This document shows positions 31,292 to 40,314 of a DNA stretch of 64,000 bases, piece by piece. A model generated the notes under the pieces. It was not told where the DNA came from. It ran no database searches and saw nothing but the letters and a program-made list of their open reading frames with translations. The first letter of the stretch is position 1, and each line of letters begins with the position of its first letter. The position numbers and the translations under genes were made by a program. This stretch comes from Gallionella sp. (GTDB lineage: Bacteria > Pseudomonadota > Gammaproteobacteria > Burkholderiales > Gallionellaceae). The stretch lies in the NCBI GenBank assembly GCA_036401875.1, contig DASWTZ010000004.1:355-64354 (forward strand). Reading direction: 5' to 3'.

Positions 31292-32059
31292 ATGACCCAG
31301 AAAATACGCGTCGGCCTCGTCGGCCACGGCAAGGCGGGACAGGCGGTCGCCAACGTATTGGGCAGCGATCCGCGTTTCGAATTGCGCTGGATCGCGCGCC
31401 GTTCAGTAGCAGGACAGCCATATACCCATCCCGGCACGGACGTTCCCGTCGTCGGCGTCGAGCAACATCCTTTTTCCGAACTGTTCGAGACCATGCCGGT
31501 GGACGCGTTGGTCGATTTTTCGTCGCCGGAAAGCCTGCGCCTCTACGGCGACGAAGTGCGCACCCGCGGCATCACGCTGGTCAGCGCGATCTCAGCCTAC
31601 AGCGAGGATGACCTCGCCTATGCGCGCAGCCTCGGCGCGGGCACGCGCGTGCTGTGCTCGCCTAACATCACGCTGGGGATCAATTTCCTGATCGTCGCGG
31701 CGAAACTGCTGCGCAGGATCGCGCCTTTTGCCGACGTGGAAATCGTCGAGCAGCACTTCAGGGAGAAGCCGGAAGTCTCCGGCACCGCGCGCAAGATCGC
31801 CGAGACGCTGGAGGTGGACGGCGAGCGCATCACCTCGTTGCGGCTAGGCGGCATCGTCGGCCACCACGAGGTGATCTTCGGTTTCCCGCATCAGACCGTG
31901 CGGCTTACCCATGAGTCGATCCGGCGCGAGGCGTTCGGCACCGGTGCTGCCTTCGCGCTGGTACACCTAGCCGGTTGCGCCAACGGCTTCTATTCCTTCG
32001 ACGATCTGCTGTTGGGCCTGATGCGAGCGGAGCTGCTGGAAACGGCGACCGCCCGATGA
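31292..32059 (+). CDS. Dihydrodipicolinate reductase (DapB)-like protein, divergent
   Basis: GHGKAG Rossmann motif, VDFS, SPNITLGIN, EQHFREKPEVSGTA, GGIVGHHEVIF and HESIRREAFGTGA. Confidence 0.75.
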   Translation: MTQKIRVGLVGHGKAGQAVANVLGSDPRFELRWIARRSVAGQPYTHPGTDVPVVGVEQHPFSELFETMPVDALVDFSSPESLRLYGDEVRTRGITLVSAISAYSEDDLAYARSLGAGTRVLCSPNITLGINFLIVAAKLLRRIAPFADVEIVEQHFREKPEVSGTARKIAETLEVDGERITSLRLGGIVGHHEVIFGFPHQTVRLTHESIRREAFGTGAAFALVHLAGCANGFYSFDDLLLGLMRAELLETATAR

Positions 32060-32065
32060 GCGCCT

Positions 32066-33274
32066 CTACTTGTTGTCGGCCTCGACGGCCAGCCTGAGTA
32101 TCTCGAAGATGTCCGGGATGGCCGCGCTTACGCGGTTCCAGTTCGGGATCAGCGGGTTGCCCATCGGGTTTTCCACGAAAGCGCGGGATGCCACCGCGAT
32201 CGCCCTGGAGAACGCCTCAACTGCCTTGGCCTCCTCGTGCCGGTCGAATGACAGCCCGTTGACCATCGCGTCCGCCTCGTATTTCATCAGCGTATCCTCG
32301 GCCTGCCGCAGATAGGTCACGATCAGCGACCTGAACATCCCCTCCGAGAAAATCACTCCGTCCGATGCCAGCGTGCGGAAGATGGATTTGCAGATATCGA
32401 CCGACATTTTCATCAGCCCCTTCTCCGCGTCATCCGCCGAAAGCTGCTGGTGCTTGTGCTCGTAGGTCGTGGCGATGTCGACCTGACATACCCGGCGCGG
32501 CGAGTAGTTGCGGTACACCTCTGCCAGCGAGCCAACCTCCAGCCCCCAGTCGGAGGGGATGCGGTTGATCCGGGCGAGGTCGACGCTCATGCTGAACTCA
32601 CCGGCGAGCGAATAGCGGAAGCTGTCGAGGAACGACAGGAATCCGTGTTGACCGGCGAGCTGCTGCAGCGAACGGACCAGCGGCGTCACCAGCAGCCGGG
32701 TCACGCGCCCGTTCATCCTGCCGCTCACCCGGCTGTAGTAGCCCTTGCAGAACACATAGTTCAGGTTGGGGTTCGCGATCGGATAACAGAGCCTGCCGAG
32801 CAGTTCGCGGCTGTAGGTGAGGATGTCGCAATCGTGCAGCGCGATCACGTCCGACTTGCCGCGCGCCAGCACATAACCATAGGCCAGCCAGGCCGAACGT
32901 CCCTTGCCGGACGGGCCGGGGTCCAGCCCGTTGCGTTTGAGTGTTTCGTATACCTCGCCGATGCGCCGGCCGCCATTGTGGATGATCTTCACCTCGGTCT
33001 GGAGCGGCAACATGAATTCGCGCGCCCGCCTGAAATCTCCATCCGATGCCTGGTCGAGTGTGAGCACGACCTCGTTCAGGTAGTTCACCTTGGCGAGTTC
33101 CTGCACGATACCCGGCATCGCCGGCCCCTCGAATTCCGAATACAGCGCCGGCAACACTAGCGCGATCGGCCGCACCTTTGAAAATTCGAGCAACCCTGAC
33201 TCCAGCCGCTCCAGCGAGGGCTGGCCCAGTTGGTGCAGTGTCGTGATGTTTCCGGTCTGGTAGAAGTCTGTCAT
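32066..33274 (-). CDS. Glucosyl-3-phosphoglycerate synthase-like glycosyltransferase (GpgS type)
   Basis: DFYQTGNITTLH start, GKGRSAW, HDCDI, GRVTRLLVTP, WGLEVG, YEHKHQ. Clustered with a HAD-IIB phosphatase. Confidence 0.78.
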   Translation of the reverse strand: MTDFYQTGNITTLHQLGQPSLERLESGLLEFSKVRPIALVLPALYSEFEGPAMPGIVQELAKVNYLNEVVLTLDQASDGDFRRAREFMLPLQTEVKIIHNGGRRIGEVYETLKRNGLDPGPSGKGRSAWLAYGYVLARGKSDVIALHDCDILTYSRELLGRLCYPIANPNLNYVFCKGYYSRVSGRMNGRVTRLLVTPLVRSLQQLAGQHGFLSFLDSFRYSLAGEFSMSVDLARINRIPSDWGLEVGSLAEVYRNYSPRRVCQVDIATTYEHKHQQLSADDAEKGLMKMSVDICKSIFRTLASDGVIFSEGMFRSLIVTYLRQAEDTLMKYEADAMVNGLSFDRHEEAKAVEAFSRAIAVASRAFVENPMGNPLIPNWNRVSAAIPDIFEILRLAVEADNK

Positions 33275-33288
33275 GGTCGCGCCTCCGG

Positions 33289-33990
33289 TCAAATATGCTC
33301 GATGTCGTCCTTCTCTTTCTGCCCGTCCTCGGCGATCTCCCGCTCGATGATCCGCCGTGCCGCGCCGATGCCGCCCACGCCGAAGGCGATCGCGAACGCG
33401 ACCACGACCCCGCCAAACGTGATCGAGAAGGCGGCCAGCACGATGCTGGTGGCCATCTGCAATTGCTCCATGACCATCGCCAGGATCATCAGTATCAGCA
33501 GCGCGCGGATAACCTCACCCAGCAGCTTCGCATAATGGAACCCCGCATTCGCCGCCGCGATCAGCACGGCACGGCTGACGAAACCGGAGAACACGTAACC
33601 GATCAGCAGGATCATCGCCGCCGAAAGAATGCGCGGCAGATAGGCGAAAAACTGACCGACCAGGCTGTCGATCACCGCCACCTTGAGCGCGCCCAGGCCG
33701 ACCATCAGTGTGACGATCACCAGCATCCAGAACACGACTCCGCCGACGGCTGAGGAAGGCTTGCCCCACAGGTCACCCTTGCGCATCAGCGTGGTGAACC
33801 CCTGCCTGTCTGACCAGCTGTCGAAGCCGACCGCCGCCAGGAATTTCAGCAGGATCGCCCGCAGCAACCTGGCCAGCAGCAGGCCGGCCACGATGATCAC
33901 CAGCATCGCCAGCAGGTTGGGCAGGAACTCCCTGAACCTGAGCAGCACTTCCTGCAACGGTTCCAGGATCAAATTGATAAAGTCCATCAT
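33289..33990 (-). CDS. Membrane protein with two TM_helix repeats (CmpX / small MscS-like)
   Basis: Repeated FLPNLLAMLVIIVAG / YLPRILSAAMILLIG segments and AIAFGVGG. Confidence 0.7.
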   Translation of the reverse strand: MMDFINLILEPLQEVLLRFREFLPNLLAMLVIIVAGLLLARLLRAILLKFLAAVGFDSWSDRQGFTTLMRKGDLWGKPSSAVGGVVFWMLVIVTLMVGLGALKVAVIDSLVGQFFAYLPRILSAAMILLIGYVFSGFVSRAVLIAAANAGFHYAKLLGEVIRALLILMILAMVMEQLQMATSIVLAAFSITFGGVVVAFAIAFGVGGIGAARRIIEREIAEDGQKEKDDIEHI

Positions 33991-34008
33991 GGTCGCCTCC
34001 TCGTAACG

Positions 34009-35268
34009 TTATTTCCAGCGGGCCAGCAAGTATTCCTTGCCGTTTTCAAATTCCAGGCAGAGCCTCTCGGTAACCGCCTCCGCCTCTTGCTGCCCCAGCG
34101 GTTCGACCTCGATCACGAACGCCGCGGTCTTGCCGACATAGAGCGGCAGCAGCGATCTGACCAGTTGCTCTCTGGGCAGCCTTTTCTGGTGGAAGGCCAA
34201 CGCATAGTCATAGACGATACGCGCCCACAGCCCGGCCGGGAAACGGAAGTCCGCGTCACCCAGTCCGCCCAGCCGCTCCACCTCCTTCAGGTCGCCCGCG
34301 CCGAGTATGCCCAGCCATATCTCGCGCAGGTTGGACAGCCCTTCCCTGAACACCGCCAGCATCCGCGCGGTGTTCACGTTCACATGCTCCAGCCCGACGG
34401 TGTACTCGAAGCCGAAGGCCGGCACCGGCTCGGAGCCGCGCACCGGTATCCAGGCATCGGCATACCCCTCCATCAGCTCGAAGGTCGCGCCGACCACCTG
34501 ATGGAGCATGTCGCCGAGGTCCGCACCGGGGTCTTTGGCGTCGTGTATCTTGGCACCGAGGAAGGATTGCGCCACCCTGAAGCCGTTGGCGATCGCCGTC
34601 GTCGTCATCCAGATGTCGATACCGAAACGGGCAACATCCGACTCCCACACGTCCTGAGTCAGGTAGAACTGCGCCAGCTTCCCGGAAAACCCGAAATCGC
34701 CGCCGATGGGCTGGCGCACCCGCTGGCCGTAGAGCGCGCGGGTGAGCGGATAGACGATACTGTTGGTGATCGTGCCGTCGAACTTGTGGCGGTGGTAGAG
34801 AGGGGCGACATAGTCGAAACCGCCGGAGAGCACCGGCTTGACCAGCAGTTCGATCCATTCCGGCGTGATGCTCCGCAGATCGGAATCGATCACCACGCAG
34901 GCCTGCGCGCCCAGCATCCGGCTGATCTCGAAGATCGCACGGAAGGCGCTGCCCTTGCCGGGTATGCCGGAGTACGGAAAGGCCATCCTGGAAACCGGCG
35001 TAACGCGGTGATGCAGCAGGATCGCGTCGAAATCCGCGATCGACGTGTTGCGTACAACCTCCATGGTGCCGTCGCTCGATCCGCCATCCGAGTTGACGAT
35101 CACCGCGCGGTGATCGGGAAAGTATTTTTCGAGCCCCGCATGGGCGGCGCGCACAACGTGGCCGATGGTGCGCGCGTTGTTGAAGCTGGGGATGCCGACG
35201 ACGATGTCGACCTTCCCCATCTCCTCGATCTGGCCGCGAACTTCGGCCCTGAGTGTAACGGCATCCAT
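34009..35268 (-). CDS. GT-A glycosyltransferase, glucosylglycerate synthase (Ggs)-like
   Basis: VGIPSFNNARTIGHV, DGGSSDGT, PGKGSA, DSDLRSITP, RQPIGGDFG, FGIDIWMT, KIHDAKDP. Co-located with gpgS/gpgP-like genes. Confidence 0.68.
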   Translation of the reverse strand: MDAVTLRAEVRGQIEEMGKVDIVVGIPSFNNARTIGHVVRAAHAGLEKYFPDHRAVIVNSDGGSSDGTMEVVRNTSIADFDAILLHHRVTPVSRMAFPYSGIPGKGSAFRAIFEISRMLGAQACVVIDSDLRSITPEWIELLVKPVLSGGFDYVAPLYHRHKFDGTITNSIVYPLTRALYGQRVRQPIGGDFGFSGKLAQFYLTQDVWESDVARFGIDIWMTTTAIANGFRVAQSFLGAKIHDAKDPGADLGDMLHQVVGATFELMEGYADAWIPVRGSEPVPAFGFEYTVGLEHVNVNTARMLAVFREGLSNLREIWLGILGAGDLKEVERLGGLGDADFRFPAGLWARIVYDYALAFHQKRLPREQLVRSLLPLYVGKTAAFVIEVEPLGQQEAEAVTERLCLEFENGKEYLLARWK

Positions 35269-35316
35269 GTTCCAGCATTTCCTCCGCTTACATGTTCCCG
35301 CTGCACTGCGAAGCGG

Positions 35317-37446
35317 CTATTCCTTCCTCTCCAGCAGCAGCAACTGCATATCCATCACATTGGTTCCGGTCGGCCCGGTGAACAGGTGGCTGCGTTCCTC
35401 CAGTCCCGCATCGCATGCCCGGAAGAAGGAATAGGAATCATTGTCCTCCAGGTAGCGCTCCGGGTCGATTCCCAGCGCGCGCGCCATCGCCGCAGTCCGC
35501 CCGTCCACCAGCGCCCCGGCCGCATCCGTCGGGCCGTCGCTGCCGTCGGTGCCGGCGGACAGCAGCGCCACCCCTTCCAGCCCGTCGATCTCCAGCGCGA
35601 AGGCCAGCGCGAGCTCCTGGTTCCTTCCGCCCTTGCCGTGCCCTGTGACGGCGACCGTGGTCTCTCCGCCGCTGACCAGGCAGAGTCGTTCGCCCGGGCG
35701 CATGCCGGACAGCGTGTCGCGTGCACTCTGCGCAAGGAACCGGGCAGCGGCCCTGACATCGCCCGCCAGCCCGGCGGTGAGTATCCGCGCCGCAAGACCC
35801 GCCTGTCCGGCCCGTTCCACCGCCGCATCCAGCGCCGGCCCTAGCCCGCCGACGATGAGGTTGCGCGTGCGCGCGAAGCAGCGGTCGCCCGCCTTCACCG
35901 TTTCATCAACCCGCCCCGCCGCGCCCCTGTTCAGACGATCGATCACGCGCGGCGGCAGCCGCTGCTCCAGCCGGTATTTCGCAACCACCGCCAGCGCATC
36001 AATGAACCTCGAGCCGTCCGGCGCGGTCGGCCCGGAGGCGATCACGTCCAGCCGGTCGCCGACGACGTCGGACAACAGCAGCGTGAGCACCTGCGCCGGA
36101 TAAGCTGCCCGCGCCAGCAGGCCGCCCTTCACCGCGGAAAGGTGCTTGCGCACGGCGTTCAGCTCGTCGATGCCGGCGCCCGCCTTCAGCAGCAGCCCGG
36201 TCGTCTGCTGCTTATCCTGCAGCGTGATGCCTTCGGCGGGCGCGACTAGCAGTGCGGAGCCGCCGCCCGAAAGCAGGCACAGCACCAGCGTCCTTCCGTC
36301 GGCGGCGCGCACCATGTCCAGCACCCGCCCCGTCGCCTCCGCCCCGGCCGCATCCGGCACCGGATGGGCGGCCTCCACCTGCTCGACGGTCTCCAGCGGC
36401 AGCCCGTGCCCCTGCTTCACGACGATCAGGCCGACGGAGATGCGCGCGCCGAGCAGCGCCTCCACGGCCTGCGCCATGCGCGCCGTCGCCTTGCCGGCAC
36501 CGACCACGATGATGCGGTCGAACGCGCCGAGGTCGTAGCGCTCGCCGCCCGCGTGCAGCGCGCCGCCTTCGACACGCAGCGCCGCGGCCACCGCGCGGTA
36601 CGGGTCGACCGCGGCGAGTGCGGCATCGAATATCTCGCGCAATGGCCCGCCGCAAGACAGCAGTCGCAGCACCACCTCGTTCCAGCCGGCCGGGCCGGGC
36701 CGCTGCGTCTCGATCAGGCAGGGAACGGCTATGCGCGCATCGCGCCCGCCATCGTCGCGGCGCACCAGCACCGGCCTGTCCACCGCCTGCAGCAACGGCA
36801 GGTCGTTCAGGCTGTCGCCCAGGCCGATGCTTAAAGTGGCGCCGCAATGCTTCACGTACAGCGATTTGAGCAGGCTGACGGCGCGGCCCTTGTCGTGACT
36901 GCCCATGAGGTGGAACAACCGTCCCTCGGTCCAGTTCAACCCGGCCTGCGCTATCCCCCGCAGGAAGCCCGCGTCCGGTACGCTGTCGAATACGAATGGC
37001 TCGTCGAAATCGCGCTGCTGCGCGCGCCGCGCATCCTCCAACCCCAGCCCGGTCAGCGCGGACACCTCGTCCGCGGTCATGTCGCCGAAGCCGCGCACTC
37101 TCGCCCCCAGTGCGTCGCGCAGGGCGATGAAGCCGCGGCGGATTTCCGCATAAGGGGTGCCGAATGCGACCAGTCGGTAACCGCCGCAGTCCGCGGCGCC
37201 GGGCGTATCGGTGAAATATCCCTGCGGGATGAAGAGCCCGCCGCCGTTCTCGACGATGAAGGGATGGTCGTTGCCCAACTGCGTGCGCACGACCTCCATC
37301 TCGGCGCGGGTCTTGCTGGAGCACAGAATCAGCGGGATGCCGCTCGCCCGGACCAGCTTCAGCGCGGGCAACGCCGGCTCGAAGGAATACCTCGCGGCAT
37401 CGAGCAGCGTTCCGTCCAGGTCGGTGATGATGATCGTCTTCGACAT
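35317..37446 (-). CDS. Fusion of HAD-IIB (MPGP/GpgP-like) phosphatase and MOFRL-type glycerate kinase
   Basis: N-terminal half: TDLDGTLL, CSSKT, ENGG, GDSLNDLPLL. C-terminal half: GAGKA, HPVPD, LSGGGSAL, IASGPT, GGETTV, GGRNQE, GTDGSDG, TGTNVMD. One uninterrupted ORF. Confidence 0.85.
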   Translation of the reverse strand: MSKTIIITDLDGTLLDAARYSFEPALPALKLVRASGIPLILCSSKTRAEMEVVRTQLGNDHPFIVENGGGLFIPQGYFTDTPGAADCGGYRLVAFGTPYAEIRRGFIALRDALGARVRGFGDMTADEVSALTGLGLEDARRAQQRDFDEPFVFDSVPDAGFLRGIAQAGLNWTEGRLFHLMGSHDKGRAVSLLKSLYVKHCGATLSIGLGDSLNDLPLLQAVDRPVLVRRDDGGRDARIAVPCLIETQRPGPAGWNEVVLRLLSCGGPLREIFDAALAAVDPYRAVAAALRVEGGALHAGGERYDLGAFDRIIVVGAGKATARMAQAVEALLGARISVGLIVVKQGHGLPLETVEQVEAAHPVPDAAGAEATGRVLDMVRAADGRTLVLCLLSGGGSALLVAPAEGITLQDKQQTTGLLLKAGAGIDELNAVRKHLSAVKGGLLARAAYPAQVLTLLLSDVVGDRLDVIASGPTAPDGSRFIDALAVVAKYRLEQRLPPRVIDRLNRGAAGRVDETVKAGDRCFARTRNLIVGGLGPALDAAVERAGQAGLAARILTAGLAGDVRAAARFLAQSARDTLSGMRPGERLCLVSGGETTVAVTGHGKGGRNQELALAFALEIDGLEGVALLSAGTDGSDGPTDAAGALVDGRTAAMARALGIDPERYLEDNDSYSFFRACDAGLEERSHLFTGPTGTNVMDMQLLLLERKE

Positions 37447-37551
37447 ACCAGAATCCCTGTCGTCTGAAATACCCCAGCTTGGCCGGGCCATGCTGTCATG
37501 CTTTGCTGAACCGCGTCAATCAGGCGCCTCCCCCATATCGACCCGTTTGCG

Positions 37552-40242
37552 TCAGCCCTTGCGCCTGCTGATCAGCAGCTTCTCGATCTCGATTACCGCG
37601 AACAGCAGCACGCCGAAGGCCGCGATCAGGCCCCATGCTCGCGCGTCCAGCGCGACCACGCCGAACAGGCGCTGCATGAACGGCAGGTAGGTGAAGCCCG
37701 CCTGGAACAGCAGCAGCGCGCCGATGCTGAGCAGCACGTAGCGGTTGCCGGTGAAGTCCTGCCAGCTGCGCACCGGCGCCAGCAGGTAGCGGCAGTTGAA
37801 CAGGTAGACGATCTCGCCCATCACCAGCGCATTGACCGCCACGGTGCGCGCGACCTCCAGGCTGCCGCCCTGCGCCATCACCCACATGAACAGCGCGACC
37901 ACGCCCACCGTCAGCAGCGCCGAGACGAAGGCGATGCGCCACACCATGAAGCCGGTCAGCATGGGCTCGGCGGGCGGGCGCGGTTTGCGCCGCATCACGT
38001 CCGGCTCGGCAGGTTCAAACGACAGAGCCAGCGCCAGCGTCACCGCGCTGACCATGTTCACCCACAGGATCTGCACCGGCGTGATCGGCAGCACCATGCC
38101 GAAGGCGATGGCGAGCAGCACGACGCCAGCCTCGCCGCCGTTGGTCGGCATAATGAACACGATGGCCTTGCGGATGTTGTCATACACGGTGCGTCCCTCC
38201 TCGACCGCGTGCGCGATGGTGGCGAAATTGTCATCGGCCAGCACCATCTCCGCCGCCTCCTTGGCCACCTCGGTACCCTTCATGCCCATCGCCACGCCGA
38301 TGTCGGCACGCTTGAGCGCTGGGGCATCGTTCACGCCGTCGCCGGTCATCGCGACGATCTCGCCGTTTGCCTGCAAGGCCTCGACCAGCCGCAGCTTGTG
38401 TTCCGGGCTGGCGCGCGCATACACGTCCACCTCGCGCACGATGCCGCGCAGCGCGTCGGCATCCAGTGCGTCGATTTCGGTGCCGGAGAGCGCACGGCCG
38501 TCGCCGATGCCGAGCTGGGCCGCGATGGCGCGCGCGGTGTCGGCATGGTCGCCGGTGATCATCTTCACGCGTATGCCGGCGGCGCGGCAGGCGGCGACCG
38601 CGGCGATGGCTTCCTCGCGCGGGGGGTCGCTGATGCCGACCATGCCCAGCAGGGTATAGCCGCCCTGCATGTCGGAAAAATTCAGCGCGCGCTGGCCGCC
38701 GTCTGCCACCTTCATCCCCATCGCCAGTACGCGCTGGCCGAGCGCACCGGTCTCGGCCATGCGCCCGTGCCAGTAGGGTAGGTCCAACGGCGCGTCCTCG
38801 CCGACCTCGCGCTGCAGGTGGCACATCGCCAGCACCTGTTCGACTGCGCCCTTGACGAAGATGAAGGCGTGGCCCGCATGGTCGTGGTGCAGCGTGGCCA
38901 TGAAGCGGTGCTCGGACTCGAACGGGATGTGATCGGTGCGCGGCAGCGCGCCGTGCTCGAAGTTCACGTCCATGCCTGCCTTCAGCGCCAGCGGGATCAG
39001 AGCGCCATCGGTCGGGTCGCCGGCGATATGCCACAGGCCATCGCGCTCGTGCAGGGCAGCGTCGTTGCTGAGCAGCCCGACGCGCAGCAGGTCCAGCGCG
39101 TGCGCGTGCTCGGCGATGTTCTCCTCGCGCCCGCCGATGGAAAATCCGCCGTGCGGCGCGTAGCCGCTGCCGCTGACCTCAAACACCTGGGTGGCGGTGA
39201 TCACCCTCTGCACCGTCATCTCGTTGCGGGTCAGCGTGCCGGTCTTGTCGGTGCAGATGGTGGTGACCGAACCGAGCGCCTCCACCGCCGGCAGGCGGCG
39301 CACGATGGCGCTGCGCTTCGCCATGCGCTGCACGCCCAGCGCCAGCGTAATGGTCAGCACGGCGGGCAGGCCCTCGGGGATCGCCGCCACCGCCATGCTG
39401 ACGGCGGCGAGGAACATGTCGCCGATGTCGAAGCTGTGCACCAGCCAGCCGAACAGGAAGGTGATGGCGGCCAGCGCCAGGATGGCGCCGGTCAGCCAGC
39501 GCCCGAAGCGCTCCATCTGGCGCAGCAGTGGCGTGGTCATGCCCTGCACTTCCTGCAGCATCGCGCTGATGCGCCCGATCTCGGTGGCGTCAGCGGTCGC
39601 CACCACCACGCCCGTACCCTGACCGTACACCACCAGCGTCCCTGAATAGGCCATGCAGCTGCGGTCGCCGAGTACTGACTGCGCGTCCACGGCGGCGGGA
39701 TGTTTCTCGGCCGCGGCGGATTCGCCGGTCAGCGCCGCTTCCTCGATGCGCAGGTTCTTGGCCGAGAGCAGGCGCAGGTCGGCCGGCACCTTGTCGCCGG
39801 AGGCGAGCAGCACGATGTCGCCCGGCACCAGCTCCCCGGCCGGGATCATGCGGCGTTTGCCCTCGCGCAGCACGGTGGCCTCCGGCGACAGCATGCGGCG
39901 GATCGCCTCCATCGCGCGCTCCGCTTTGCCCTCCTGCAGGAAGCCGATGAACGCGTTGATGACCACCACACCGGCGATCACCGCGGTGTCAACCCAGTGT
40001 GCGAGCAGCGCGGTGACCGCGGCCGAGGCCAGCAGCACATAGATCAGCACGTTGTGGAACTGCAGCAGGAAACGCATCCACGGCCCGTGCCGGCGGGGCG
40101 GTGTCAGCCGGTTCGGACCGAATTGCTGCAAACGCTTGCCTGCCTCTGCAGTGGACAGGCCGTCCTGTACCGCTGACAGGCCCGCCAGTACCTCCTGTGC
40201 AGACAGGCTATGCCAGTCGCGGCTTGTGGAAGTGCTGCTCAT
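37552..40242 (-). CDS. Cation-transporting P-type ATPase (P2A/Ca2+-like)
   Basis: TGES, AIPEGLP, DKTGTLT, KGA and MTGDGVNDAPAL motifs. Confidence 0.94.
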   Translation of the reverse strand: MSSTSTSRDWHSLSAQEVLAGLSAVQDGLSTAEAGKRLQQFGPNRLTPPRRHGPWMRFLLQFHNVLIYVLLASAAVTALLAHWVDTAVIAGVVVINAFIGFLQEGKAERAMEAIRRMLSPEATVLREGKRRMIPAGELVPGDIVLLASGDKVPADLRLLSAKNLRIEEAALTGESAAAEKHPAAVDAQSVLGDRSCMAYSGTLVVYGQGTGVVVATADATEIGRISAMLQEVQGMTTPLLRQMERFGRWLTGAILALAAITFLFGWLVHSFDIGDMFLAAVSMAVAAIPEGLPAVLTITLALGVQRMAKRSAIVRRLPAVEALGSVTTICTDKTGTLTRNEMTVQRVITATQVFEVSGSGYAPHGGFSIGGREENIAEHAHALDLLRVGLLSNDAALHERDGLWHIAGDPTDGALIPLALKAGMDVNFEHGALPRTDHIPFESEHRFMATLHHDHAGHAFIFVKGAVEQVLAMCHLQREVGEDAPLDLPYWHGRMAETGALGQRVLAMGMKVADGGQRALNFSDMQGGYTLLGMVGISDPPREEAIAAVAACRAAGIRVKMITGDHADTARAIAAQLGIGDGRALSGTEIDALDADALRGIVREVDVYARASPEHKLRLVEALQANGEIVAMTGDGVNDAPALKRADIGVAMGMKGTEVAKEAAEMVLADDNFATIAHAVEEGRTVYDNIRKAIVFIMPTNGGEAGVVLLAIAFGMVLPITPVQILWVNMVSAVTLALALSFEPAEPDVMRRKPRPPAEPMLTGFMVWRIAFVSALLTVGVVALFMWVMAQGGSLEVARTVAVNALVMGEIVYLFNCRYLLAPVRSWQDFTGNRYVLLSIGALLLFQAGFTYLPFMQRLFGVVALDARAWGLIAAFGVLLFAVIEIEKLLISRRKG

Positions 40243-40314
40243 TTCCGTCTCCTTTCAACTCAGACAGCCACCACCCTGTATGCTGGCCTGCTCCGGCGCG
40301 GGCCGGTGCGGCTT

